In this document: positions 1-9,429 of the stretch, one piece after another
Numbering within the stretch: position 1 is the first letter of the stretch
How the letters are laid out: every line of letters begins with the position of its first letter
Source: a virus
Lineage: Duplodnaviria > Caudoviricetes
IMG/VR virus record: IMGVR_UViG_3300020280_000006
Location: 1-42,935 of that record
Strand: one strand, 5' to 3'
Length of the DNA stretch: 42,935 nt
Translations under genes and position numbers: made by a program
The notes under the pieces: generated by a model
Databases searched by the model: none
Seen by the model: only the letters and a program-made list of their open reading frames with translations
Told to the model about the DNA's origin: nothing

Positions 1-318
1 CTTTACTACCTCCTGATGAAGTGCCTGTATTTGTACCACCTGAACCACCACCAGAGCCACCATTAGGGTCACCTGAACCACCACCAACACCACCAGGGTC
101 ACCACCACGACCTCCGCCATTACCTTGTTTCAAATTTGAACCTCCACCAATGGCTTGTATTTGGCTAGCATTTCCTTGATTACCAACAGCTGTATGACTT
201 ACCTGTGCACCACCTGCACCAATTACTATTGGATATGTTCCTACTGAAGAAAGAGTTAAGGTGTCTATAACATACGCACCTGCACCGCCACCGCCTGCTG
301 AATTAGGGTCACCATTAC
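1..318. repeat. Imperfect terminal direct repeat, left copy (pairs with 42618-42935)
   Basis: Manual alignment over 318 bp: no gaps, 15 mismatches, first 77 and last 65 bp identical. Confidence 0.95.
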
Positions 319-529
319 CACCACCAGCACTACCTCCACCTGCAACAAGAAGTATTTGAGTAGCACCATCTGAACCTAAACTAGATACAACAAAGTTACC
401 TGAAGCTGTAAATACATGTGCTTTGTAATTAACACCACCTTCGGTGTATGTGTTTATAGCATTACCACCTGTGGCTTCTATAAAACTTTTACCTGATTGA
501 AATCCAAATCTTGCTGCACCTAACGGCAT
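1..529 (-). CDS. Glycine-rich tail fibre/receptor-binding-like protein, 5' part (continues across the join to the stop at 42286; about 286 aa)
   Basis: ATG at 529 after AGGAG. Translates MPLGAARFGFQSGKSFIEATGG...YKAHVFTASGNF...LLVAGGGSAGG...TYPIVIGAGG, a typical phage Gly-rich domain. Open to the window edge; absent from the ORF track. Confidence 0.8.
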   Translation of the reverse strand, partial: MPLGAARFGFQSGKSFIEATGGNAINTYTEGGVNYKAHVFTASGNFVVSSLGSDGATQILLVAGGGSAGGGNGDPNSAGGGGAGAYVIDTLTLSSVGTYPIVIGAGGAQVSHTAVGNQGNASQIQAIGGGSNLKQGNGGGRGGDPGGVGGGSGDPNGGSGGGSGGTNTGTSSGGSK

Positions 530-537
530 ATGAACTC

Positions 538-1494
538 CTAACTATTTTTAAAATCTAATAATGCGTTTATTAATGGTGTTCCTGCATCAAAAAATAAAAA
601 TGTAACTAAATCCACAGAGTTAGCAGCAGTAGTCAATGTTATACCTGCATTACCTGGTGTAAGACCTGTTACATGTGAACCACCATTTACTGTAATTTCA
701 TCAATGTCTAATGTTCTTGAACCTGTGCCATCTTGTGTAATTTTTAGTGTAAAAGTTGAAGTTCCATTTGTTGGAACATTTGTAAAATCTATGCCACCTG
801 ATACATTACCAGTTAAAGTTACTGAACCTGTATTTCCATTGGCTAAATCAATAGCTAAATCTGTTCCGTAAGAAATAGCTACATCTGTTTCTGCATAGTC
901 TTTAAGCACAACGGCACTTACTTCTTGGTCACCAACATTTACTGCACCTGTTAATGTTCCACCTGATAAAGCTAATTTAGTGTCAGCATATGCTTTGACT
1001 GATTGTTGTGAAGGTAATTTAGTTGCAGAGTTAGATGTCATATCATCTTCATCAACAGTATCTGCAATCATTGCATAATCTACTGCACCTGCAGCTATTG
1101 TTGTAGCTACAGCTGATGTTGCATTTGTAAGTGTACCTGTAACATCTCCTGTTAAAGCTACGTCATTAATTCTATCGTGTAAGTCTTCAAACATTTCACC
1201 AACTACAGCCATACGTACTGTTGCACCATCATCATGTGTAGGGTTTGGTGAATGTCTACCTTCTACATCTCTAGTTACTGTTTGCATATTAGTACCAGAT
1301 GATGCAGTAACTAATACAACTTCTCTTTTTGTAGTGCTATCAGGATTGATAACTAAATAAAAAGGAGCATTTATATTATTGCTACCATCAGCAGTAGGAG
1401 CTGCTGATAAATCTAATTGTGTGTCTGATGCACCTACGGCACCATCTAATGTTGTTTCGAAAAAGTTACTAAAGTTTGCTAACGTATTTGTCAT
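538..1494 (-). CDS. Putative tail fibre protein
   Basis: Thr/Gly/Ala-rich, with fibre-like motifs (LTGDVTG, SQQSVKAYAD, LSGGTLTGA, LKITQDGTGSRT). Lies in the tail module. Confidence 0.65.
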   Translation of the reverse strand: MTNTLANFSNFFETTLDGAVGASDTQLDLSAAPTADGSNNINAPFYLVINPDSTTKREVVLVTASSGTNMQTVTRDVEGRHSPNPTHDDGATVRMAVVGEMFEDLHDRINDVALTGDVTGTLTNATSAVATTIAAGAVDYAMIADTVDEDDMTSNSATKLPSQQSVKAYADTKLALSGGTLTGAVNVGDQEVSAVVLKDYAETDVAISYGTDLAIDLANGNTGSVTLTGNVSGGIDFTNVPTNGTSTFTLKITQDGTGSRTLDIDEITVNGGSHVTGLTPGNAGITLTTAANSVDLVTFLFFDAGTPLINALLDFKNS

Positions 1495-1504
1495 TTAATC
1501 TCCA

Positions 1505-1690
1505 TTATGCTTGTGTTCCAGATACTACAATTGTGTTATTACCAAATGCAGACTGACCCATCATAGCAAGTCCTATTGTAGCAGAATATACTGTTTCTGC
1601 TAGTAAATCTAAATCTTCATCTATAGGTAAATTACCAATAGTATCAATACCTAGACTACCACCTTCTTTCATCATTATTAGTATTGACAT
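1505..1690 (-). CDS. Small hypothetical tail-region protein (probably leaderless)
   Basis: 61-aa ORF fills the gap; TGT-TAGGAT lies 7 nt before the ATG. Confidence 0.6.
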   Translation of the reverse strand: MSILIMMKEGGSLGIDTIGNLPIDEDLDLLAETVYSATIGLAMMGQSAFGNNTIVVSGTQA

Positions 1691-1714
1691 AATTTATATC
1701 CTAACATATTTTTT

Positions 1715-3682
1715 TTATCCACCAAATCTTACTTTACCTAATACTTCTACACCTATTAAATGAACACTTGATGGTTCAATAACTGTTGTCTGTCTAGTAC
1801 CACGTACAGTTAATACTGCTATTTGTGTTACAGAACCAAGTTCAGTATTAGATATAATAGGATAACTTATAGATTCTACAACACCTTTAATTACTTCATT
1901 AGGGTCAAATATTTCTAATGTAACAGCATCACCTTCTAATAATCTAAGTTCATTGTATAAAGCATCACCAAGTTCTTTTACTCTAATAGGCGTTCTACCA
2001 GGTCTTTCTACTCTATCACTAATGTTTATAGGTATTTGTGCAACTACAAGTTCTGGTCTAGCTAATGCTCTAAATTGTAATGATTTAACTTTAGGTGTAT
2101 CTACACCATCAGAATTTAAAATTAATTTTCCTATAATATAACGTGCAATAGGTTTAATTTGCATTTCAGTATCACCTGTACCAGATACTTGATTAACAGC
2201 TCTTTCATAATTTGTACTATCTGGATTATCTAAGTCTTCAAAATTATTACTAAATAACAATTCTACTGATGTATTATCAGGCAATTCTTTTGTAGATATT
2301 TCTGCACCAACAAATTGTTTTGACTCAGCAGTAAAAAAATCTGCTGCAGATGTTATAAGATAACCTGTCTTTTCATATGTAGATGTTTCTATATATACAT
2401 CAGAACCTGCTACACATATAACAAATTTACCATTACTTTGTACTATTCCTTGAACAAAACCATTACCAACTGTTTGTAAATCTCTAGCTAAACCACCAGT
2501 AGGTAAATAATATCGCCACAAATTTGTTTCATTATTTGCTTCTTTTATTCCTATATAGACACTATCTCTTGAAACAAACATTGCTTTAGGTGTAGTATCT
2601 ACAGCTGTTACCCATTCTTTTATTAATTGTCTATTAGCTAATACATATAAATTATCTGCAGCAACTAATTCTAATCTATATAAACGTCCTACATTTCTAG
2701 ATACTTCTTTAGTTCCTATAAATATTATTCCTTCTGCTGCAGCTATAGAATGTACTTCTTCATAAGGTATTTTTGTTTGTCCTTGATTAACAAATACATT
2801 AGAACTCAACTTAAAAGAATATACAGTACCATCTGTATTTGAAGCTAATACTGCAGCACCACCATCAACAATACCTGTAAAACTATGTGTAGGTTCTACT
2901 TCTACAATGCTATCTGCATCAGCTAAATTACCTGTATCCCATGCATCAAATGGACTTTTTTCCCAAATGTATTCAGCTGTACCATCATTACCTGTAATCC
3001 ATAATCTATTTTTTACATACCATACACCTGTTAATCCACCAGAACTAGATTGTGCAGTAGTTAATGTACTATACGAACTACCATCATATTTAATTAATTG
3101 TGAACCAGATGTACCATTTGCAGTAGTAGCATAAAATCCATTACCAAATGCAGCAATACCTGTAAAATTATGTGTAGCACCACTTGTACCAGCAGCTATA
3201 GTACTCCAGCTAGTTGTTGATGCAGTATATTTATGTATATTTGTAGTATCAGTTACATAGATATCACCATTAGTTGTTTGTGTCATGTAATTATTTGTAC
3301 CACTAAAAGATTTGTTTTGTGTCAATGTTGTATGTAGTAAATGTATATTGTATGATACTTCATCATCTCCGTGAAATACATCTATACCTTTACTGTCCCA
3401 AAATCTATTTACATCATCAGGTTTTCCATTAGCTCTATGTGCAGTATCAAGTCCTTGACCTGAAGAAAAATTATTTCTTGAATATATACGACCTAAATTA
3501 GATGTAAAGTCTTCAGGATTTTGTTTAACATTAACTGCTTGTCCTGCTTGTACATCAGATGATTGTATAGTCATAGGATTATTAGGATTTATAGCAGAAC
3601 GTAATAATAATTTATCTACACGTACATCATATCCATATCTTTTAGGATTACTTATAAATTCAGTAGTAGGTATTCTAGGCAT
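1715..3682 (-). CDS. Putative tail nozzle / tail tubular protein B-like beta-propeller
   Basis: 655 aa, beta-strand-rich repeats; follows the adaptor, as in podovirus gene order. Confidence 0.6.
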   Translation of the reverse strand: MPRIPTTEFISNPKRYGYDVRVDKLLLRSAINPNNPMTIQSSDVQAGQAVNVKQNPEDFTSNLGRIYSRNNFSSGQGLDTAHRANGKPDDVNRFWDSKGIDVFHGDDEVSYNIHLLHTTLTQNKSFSGTNNYMTQTTNGDIYVTDTTNIHKYTASTTSWSTIAAGTSGATHNFTGIAAFGNGFYATTANGTSGSQLIKYDGSSYSTLTTAQSSSGGLTGVWYVKNRLWITGNDGTAEYIWEKSPFDAWDTGNLADADSIVEVEPTHSFTGIVDGGAAVLASNTDGTVYSFKLSSNVFVNQGQTKIPYEEVHSIAAAEGIIFIGTKEVSRNVGRLYRLELVAADNLYVLANRQLIKEWVTAVDTTPKAMFVSRDSVYIGIKEANNETNLWRYYLPTGGLARDLQTVGNGFVQGIVQSNGKFVICVAGSDVYIETSTYEKTGYLITSAADFFTAESKQFVGAEISTKELPDNTSVELLFSNNFEDLDNPDSTNYERAVNQVSGTGDTEMQIKPIARYIIGKLILNSDGVDTPKVKSLQFRALARPELVVAQIPINISDRVERPGRTPIRVKELGDALYNELRLLEGDAVTLEIFDPNEVIKGVVESISYPIISNTELGSVTQIAVLTVRGTRQTTVIEPSSVHLIGVEVLGKVRFGG

Positions 3683-3815
3683 CTTTAACTACTTTCAAAG
3701 GATGTCCTTTATGCACAGGTGAATCTAATTTTGTTCCCATATTTTTACGATTTCTATCTTGCCATACAGGCATAATATGAGCTATGTTTTTAGAATTACT
3801 GTAAGGACCTGGCAT
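3675..3815 (-). CDS. Small hypothetical protein, 46 aa (MPGPYSNSKNIAH...)
   Basis: TAATG-coupled to 3815..4822 and overlaps the next start; manual translation. Confidence 0.55.
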   Translation of the reverse strand: MPGPYSNSKNIAHIMPVWQDRNRKNMGTKLDSPVHKGHPLKVVKDA

Positions 3816-4822
3816 TATGTTGAATAAAGTATGCTATTAAGTTGTACAGGTTCTGGATATTTAGACCTTAAATTACTTCTAGCTTGTTGTATTAATAATT
3901 GTTGATATCTTAATAAACTTTGTCCAATGCTATTAGAACTACCTATAGGACTTACAGATGTTTCTAATTGTTCTGTTATATAAGATGCGTTAAGTTTTGA
4001 TATATCTTTTCCTGCTATTAATTGTGCAGCAACACCAGTCATAATAATTGGTTCATATTCTATTTCTAAACCTATTGAAGCTAATGTTGTAGATTCAGCT
4101 GTAGGTTGTACAAATTTCTTTTTGAAAGTTACATAAACAGTATGACCTGCTGATATATTTACAAATTGTACTGCATGTACAACATCAGGTCCTGTTGTGT
4201 ATGTTTTAGTTCTTTCTGTTTGTGTATCATCTGTGTATACAAAAGGATTAGGTAAGTCAATCATTTCTATAGCTACACCATTATATTTAAGTCCTGTTTG
4301 GTCAGAACCTGATTGCCAATCTGTATATTGTGATATAGCTTTTAATGGTGCTACTAAATAGTTATGAGTATCTCCATCAGTACCATGTGTACCTAGTAAT
4401 TTATATCCAGTACTAGCAGTAAGTTCTATAGTTTCTACAGCAAATAATGTAGGATATAAGTTTTTAATTTGGTCAACTACAGCTTCATATACATTTTTAC
4501 GTGGAAATGCAGGTGCTATTTTAATTAAATCTCCTGCTGAATGTGCAGCAGCAGTAGTACCTCTTTGACCTCTTTTAACAGTAATAGTATTAGCTGAAGC
4601 ATCAAGAGATGTTGTATACATAATCTCTTGTCCTACTTCTACAATTGCACCAGCATCTAATGCATCTTCTTCTTCAATTGAAAATAAATTACCATCATAT
4701 GTAATTGAATCAACAGAATCATTAATACCAGAAGATAAATAGGAATATGATTCTACTTCATCTACAGGTTCTAGGTATTCTCTATATACCCTATCGACTA
4801 GGTCGCCTATTGTGTTACTCAC
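3815..4822 (-). CDS. Putative head-tail adaptor / tail tubular protein A-like
   Basis: Helical N-terminus (TIGDLVDRVYREYLE) and helical C-terminus; lies between capsid and nozzle. Confidence 0.55.
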   Translation of the reverse strand: MSNTIGDLVDRVYREYLEPVDEVESYSYLSSGINDSVDSITYDGNLFSIEEEDALDAGAIVEVGQEIMYTTSLDASANTITVKRGQRGTTAAAHSAGDLIKIAPAFPRKNVYEAVVDQIKNLYPTLFAVETIELTASTGYKLLGTHGTDGDTHNYLVAPLKAISQYTDWQSGSDQTGLKYNGVAIEMIDLPNPFVYTDDTQTERTKTYTTGPDVVHAVQFVNISAGHTVYVTFKKKFVQPTAESTTLASIGLEIEYEPIIMTGVAAQLIAGKDISKLNASYITEQLETSVSPIGSSNSIGQSLLRYQQLLIQQARSNLRSKYPEPVQLNSILYST

Positions 4823-4830
4823 AAGGCCTC

Positions 4831-5163
4831 CTAACTTTGTTTAAATATTAAATTTATTGTTCTATCGGCAGCTTCAGAACCATTAGATACTACTCTTAAA
4901 AAACCAGTTGCGGCAAAAGCCCAACCACTAGGGTCAACTCTTACTACGTTTCCTGCTGAAACTGCATATGATACTTCAGTACCATCAGTTTCTACTACGT
5001 CATACCATGTTGTTCCATCAAATGAAAAATCAAATGTTATTGTAGAACCAGTCATTGCTGCTGGAAATACAACACCTGATAATAATAAACCATCACACTG
5101 TGCAGCAGATGAGTTATTAGCATTGGCTGAAATGTCGATTAAAACTTCTTTTTGTAATTGCAT
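4831..5163 (-). CDS. Hypothetical beta-rich virion protein (decoration/cement-like)
   Basis: 110 aa directly after the capsid gene; TGC-TATAGT promoter-like element 9 nt upstream. Confidence 0.5.
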   Translation of the reverse strand: MQLQKEVLIDISANANNSSAAQCDGLLLSGVVFPAAMTGSTITFDFSFDGTTWYDVVETDGTEVSYAVSAGNVVRVDPSGWAFAATGFLRVVSNGSEAADRTINLIFKQS

Positions 5164-5181
5164 ATTGTCCTTACTATAGCA

Positions 5182-5219
5182 GAAGAAATGGGAGGAAGGT
5201 GGATTCCCCCCAAATCTTC
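5182..5219 (-). terminator. Hairpin terminator/attenuator after the major capsid gene
   Basis: Imperfect inverted repeat with GAAGA/TCTTC and TGGG...GGAA/TTCC...CCCA arms around a TCCACC loop, just after the stop; weak U-tract. Confidence 0.55.
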
Positions 5220-5226
5220 AAATTTG

Positions 5227-6354
5227 TTAAGCTACTTTAGCTATCTTTAGATGGTATGAAGGAGGACCGAAGTCGTATCCCATTTCCATATAAACACCTT
5301 TAGCAACTTGTGCATTTGCATCTTGGTCAATATCTCTTACAAATACTGTTCCGTATCCAGGGATATTTGTAAAGACTGGCTGTATGAAAGCAAAGTCTAA
5401 GATAAATGCATTGTTGTCAGGCATAATATTAGGGTCAATAACCATCATACCAATTTGTCCAAATGGTGTGACAATTACGTCAATATCAATACCAGCAAGG
5501 TTTCTATCTCTAGGTAAGATAGCACCTGTAATTCCAACAGAACCAGCAAGCAATTCTTTGTTAAGGTCCAAAAGTTGTTTTGGAGTTACACAAAGTACTG
5601 GCTGAATCATTGGAGCATGTGCATCATACAATCTCTTTAGAGAGTTAGCGATAGCATCCCAAGAAAGTACTTGAGCAGAACCTGTAGCACCGTTACCAGT
5701 AGTACCGTTCCAATAAATGTTACCTCCTGTAAATGTAGGAGCAACGCTATTGTCAGCGTTAGCATTTAATGATGTGTATTCAGAAATACCACGCATTTCT
5801 CTTGTACCTGAACCAGGTGTAGCATGCGCTCCATCTGCGAAAGTACCATTGAATGCGAACCATTCTACTTCTCTAGCTACTTTTTCAAGTGCCAAAGACA
5901 TTTGCTCTGCAAATTCATCAACAATTGGGTTACCACCAGCTAAGCTGAGTTCAGCTCCTGCTGTGTTAGTACCATCTCCATCAGAACCAGCATAAGCGTC
6001 TGCTCCTAATGTAAATGTATTTTGATGTTGGAATGTTGCCATAGCTGTGTAGGTCATCTTTACACCTTTATGGAATATCTGTGTCACATTAGTATATGCA
6101 ACTCTATCCCTACCAAGATATTCAGTAGGAGTAGAACCTTCTTGACCTTTAGTAGGTTCAGAAGATACTCTATGTGAATCAGCAGCTTGGATTTGCCAGA
6201 AGGTAGATTGTAAAACCTTACCTCCGTTTAATCCACCTGTTGCAGATAAAAAAGGAGTTCTTTGACCACCCACACGAAAAAGCTCCCCAGTAAAGTTATT
6301 AATTTGCTGGGAATAAATTGGAGTAGTTGCGTCTAAACCGCTAATTACTGCCAT
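5227..6354 (-). CDS. Major capsid protein (SU10/DUF5309-like)
   Basis: Motifs RTPFLS, NVTQIFHKGVKMTYTAMA, REMRGI and IVTPFG; GGAGG RBS; follows the scaffold gene. Confidence 0.8.
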   Translation of the reverse strand: MAVISGLDATTPIYSQQINNFTGELFRVGGQRTPFLSATGGLNGGKVLQSTFWQIQAADSHRVSSEPTKGQEGSTPTEYLGRDRVAYTNVTQIFHKGVKMTYTAMATFQHQNTFTLGADAYAGSDGDGTNTAGAELSLAGGNPIVDEFAEQMSLALEKVAREVEWFAFNGTFADGAHATPGSGTREMRGISEYTSLNANADNSVAPTFTGGNIYWNGTTGNGATGSAQVLSWDAIANSLKRLYDAHAPMIQPVLCVTPKQLLDLNKELLAGSVGITGAILPRDRNLAGIDIDVIVTPFGQIGMMVIDPNIMPDNNAFILDFAFIQPVFTNIPGYGTVFVRDIDQDANAQVAKGVYMEMGYDFGPPSYHLKIAKVA

Positions 6355-6388
6355 AATTACACCTCCGTATGTGTTGTATTAAATTCGT

Positions 6389-6868
6389 TTACTTATTTTT
6401 TTTAACGTCATCCATAATAGATAACTTAGCTCTAAGAGAATCTTTTACTGAAGCTCCTTTTAGAACTTGTGCTAACTGTTGGTTAACGTCTAAAGGCACA
6501 TCTGATGTAGAATTTGCATCAAGTGCAGCTACTCTAGACCTAGCATCATCTTGTACTACTTGTTCTGGTTCAGATTGTGGTGTAACCTCAACCGTACCTG
6601 TAGGTTCAAAACCATACTCATCTTTAGCAAACTGTGCAACAGCTTCTGTATTAACAGGACCGTCATACACTTGTTTTAACGCTTTGCCGAAACCTTTGTC
6701 AGTAGATAATCCTAAAGTACCAAAGACATTATCTATTTCCTTATCTTTATAAGAAGCTAGTTCTGCCTCAAGTTTCTTGATAGTATCATCTTTTCTATCA
6801 ATTGTTTCTCTCATTTGTTTTACACCATGTTCTCCAGGTGCATCAAATTCTTCCATTTGTACCTCCAC
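6389..6868 (-). CDS. Capsid scaffolding protein (real start may be the ATG at 6856)
   Basis: Acidic, coiled-coil protein directly upstream of the capsid gene; GGAGG precedes the internal ATG. Confidence 0.65.
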   Translation of the reverse strand: MEVQMEEFDAPGEHGVKQMRETIDRKDDTIKKLEAELASYKDKEIDNVFGTLGLSTDKGFGKALKQVYDGPVNTEAVAQFAKDEYGFEPTGTVEVTPQSEPEQVVQDDARSRVAALDANSTSDVPLDVNQQLAQVLKGASVKDSLRAKLSIMDDVKKNK

Positions 6869-6874
6869 TATGTA

Positions 6875-7058
6875 TTTACCTATCAGACAAGACCATAGGC
6901 ATCTTGCCGTGGTGCTACCTTTACCACTTGACTTACGCTCTGGTAGCTTAAAAGCTATAAGTCCATTACTCTACGGTTTTAATACAAGCTTTCTACGTAG
7001 GCGCTGAAAGCTGATTGCAGGTCTATTAAGCGGACCACGCAACGCTAAACCTATTATA
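6875..7058 (-). ncRNA. Candidate structured leader/ncRNA upstream of the scaffold-capsid operon
   Basis: TATAAT near 7053-7058, then about 180 nt of GC-enriched non-coding sequence with stems TTGC/GCAA+GGTC/GACC, AGCTTTC/GAAAGCT, GACTTA/TAAGTC, TAGCT/AGCTA and ACCA-GGCA/TGCC-TGGT. Confidence 0.45.
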
Positions 7059-7060
7059 CA

Positions 7061-8071
7061 CTAATCTTCTGTTAGTCCAACTATATTTCCATCTTTTTGT
7101 GCAGCTCCTAAACTTAATCCTTGCATAGAAGCTAACTCTGCATTAATCCTAGTAACTCTTTTAGTTGCTTCTGTATCTCCTAAAGCTGCGTCTTCTAATG
7201 TTGTAATATCTAAATCTCTACCTATTGTATTAGCCATACTTATTATTCCACCAGCTTGTTCATACAATTGTCTAGCCATTTTTAAATCCATACCTTGTTG
7301 TTTAAGGGCATTAAATCTTCCAAATGAATATGAAAAACCTCTACTTGCTGCTTCTGCACCTATTGTAATTGTATCTATAGCTCCGTTTAATACTTTATCT
7401 TCTATCTTAGGATTAATTAATGATGCAAATATTGTTGCGTCATCATACTCTACACCTAAATAATCAGCTAATAAGTTTTTAACTTCTGGTATACGATTAT
7501 TAACAGCAGCATAAACTGTATCAATTCTTTGTTGAAATTCTGAAGGTGCAACATCACCAACCATTTCATTAAATTCATCTTCAAAATCAGAAAAATCTTC
7601 TATACCTATTTCTCTTAAAGTATTTTTAAAACTTTCTTTAACTCCTATAGCTTCTACTTCTGACATTTTAAGAGTTATACCATCGTCATTAAATAACCAA
7701 CTAAATTCTTTTTTGTATTCATCAGATTGTCTTGTAAAAGATAATGCTAAATCTTTATCCCCACCATACTCTGCATATCCTTCAGCATACTTTTTAACTA
7801 TTGCTTCAGGTAAAAAGCCATACAATGTGTTAGCAATTGACAAAGCATATTGATAATCTACACCACTTGAACCATCTGTTCCTTCAGTAGAATTAGCACC
7901 GGTGTATGCTCTAACAACACCCATATTTCCATTTGCATCTTGGCCTGGGTTAATTAAATCACCTGGATTTAAACCTTCAGTTTCTCCTGGTTGAGCTTTA
8001 AATATACCTTTATCAGCATCTGCTTCTGTTGCTCCAGGAACTGGTCTACCTAATATATCATAAAATGCCAT
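7061..8071 (-). CDS. Putative internal virion/ejection protein
   Basis: Helical, Ala/Gly-rich; in a coupled block between portal and scaffold. Confidence 0.5.
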   Translation of the reverse strand: MAFYDILGRPVPGATEADADKGIFKAQPGETEGLNPGDLINPGQDANGNMGVVRAYTGANSTEGTDGSSGVDYQYALSIANTLYGFLPEAIVKKYAEGYAEYGGDKDLALSFTRQSDEYKKEFSWLFNDDGITLKMSEVEAIGVKESFKNTLREIGIEDFSDFEDEFNEMVGDVAPSEFQQRIDTVYAAVNNRIPEVKNLLADYLGVEYDDATIFASLINPKIEDKVLNGAIDTITIGAEAASRGFSYSFGRFNALKQQGMDLKMARQLYEQAGGIISMANTIGRDLDITTLEDAALGDTEATKRVTRINAELASMQGLSLGAAQKDGNIVGLTED

Positions 8072-9429
8072 TATCTAATCCTTTGTGTTGACGGCTCTAA
8101 GAAATTTTGACTTCTAATAATACTTCCACCAAAAGAACTTATCATATCTTTTGCAAAATCATTAACAACTCCTGATATATTATTAGACAAACCTTCTTGT
8201 ACTAAATACTTATTAGCTTCATTTACATCATTTAAAGCTGCTACTTTATTGTAAACATAACTATATTGTCCATTAGGGTCTATTTCCATATCCCATTTAT
8301 TTTTAATAGTGTTCTTAGTAATTCTATCTATAACACTCCATTTAGTATCTTTATCGTATTGTGGATATAAAGCATATCTTGTAGTTTTTAATTCATTTTC
8401 TAAATCTTCTAAATAAGAAGCATCTTGTCTGTATTTACCAGCATGCATTGCAATATCATCTAGATAATCTTGTCTAGCTGACGGAGGTAACCAATCTTCA
8501 ATAGTTTGTGTTACTTCTTTTTCACCAGTTGTAGTTTGGTCTATCTTAGAGTTAGATACAAAAGATTGTAAATCTTTATCTAATTCAGTATCTCTATATT
8601 TATCTGTTAATTTAAAAATTTGACTTCTTGCATAGCTATCAGTCCATGTACCCATAACAATTTTGTTTGCTATCCACTCCATAGTTTTGTCATCTACATT
8701 TGCACCAGTAGGTAAAATATCATACAAAGTAGATTTTTGTGCAGATAAATCTAATGAATACTGTGCTTCATTTGCATCGTAAAAATCCATTGCAGTAACT
8801 TCTGCTTGTGTTTTACCTAATTCTGATAATACTGTTTTCATAACAGGACTTGTAGATACATACATATTTGCCATATCTACGTCTTGAAATATTAAATATC
8901 CTTCTTGCCATTTCCTTTTATAAGTTGGAGAATTAAATTTAGTTGTTCCTCCATATAGTGTATTAAAACTATTCATTGCTATATCTATCTGGTCTGCAAT
9001 AGTAAAATCACTATCTTCCATTAATGCATATTCTTCAGCTGTTAGCTGACCTATTCTTGTATCAAAAAAGTTTTGTGGTATTTCTATCCAATCAGGTGAT
9101 TGTAAATACATACTATCATATTCATCTGGTGTTAAATAATGAGCTGTTTCAGAACTTACCATATCGTTTATATATTCAACTAAGTTACCACCTGTATAAT
9201 CAAGAACTTCTGTATAATCTTCTGCAGTATTAAATGCTAGTAAATCCCCATTTTCTGTAGGAACTATTATTTTAAATGTAAAATTTTTTAAACTTGCAAT
9301 TGCTTTATCATTATAAGTAGCTCCTCCTCCAACTTGTGTATCTAATGATTTTTCTAATTCTTCTAATGATTGTGGACCAACAATAATTATTACTGCTCCA
9401 GGAGGTAATTTAGTTTTGTCTAAAGCCAT
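8071..9429 (-). CDS. Putative internal virion/ejection protein
   Basis: 452 aa, helical, TAATG-coupled in the same block. Confidence 0.45.
   Translation of the reverse strand: MALDKTKLPPGAVIIIVGPQSLEELEKSLDTQVGGGATYNDKAIASLKNFTFKIIVPTENGDLLAFNTAEDYTEVLDYTGGNLVEYINDMVSSETAHYLTPDEYDSMYLQSPDWIEIPQNFFDTRIGQLTAEEYALMEDSDFTIADQIDIAMNSFNTLYGGTTKFNSPTYKRKWQEGYLIFQDVDMANMYVSTSPVMKTVLSELGKTQAEVTAMDFYDANEAQYSLDLSAQKSTLYDILPTGANVDDKTMEWIANKIVMGTWTDSYARSQIFKLTDKYRDTELDKDLQSFVSNSKIDQTTTGEKEVTQTIEDWLPPSARQDYLDDIAMHAGKYRQDASYLEDLENELKTTRYALYPQYDKDTKWSVIDRITKNTIKNKWDMEIDPNGQYSYVYNKVAALNDVNEANKYLVQEGLSNNISGVVNDFAKDMISSFGGSIIRSQNFLEPSTQRIR

Noticed and set aside
1-318. Diversity-generating retroelement (TR/VR pair) at the mismatched repeat
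   Set aside because: Mismatches are not adenine-specific on either strand, several are synonymous, and no reverse transcriptase is present.
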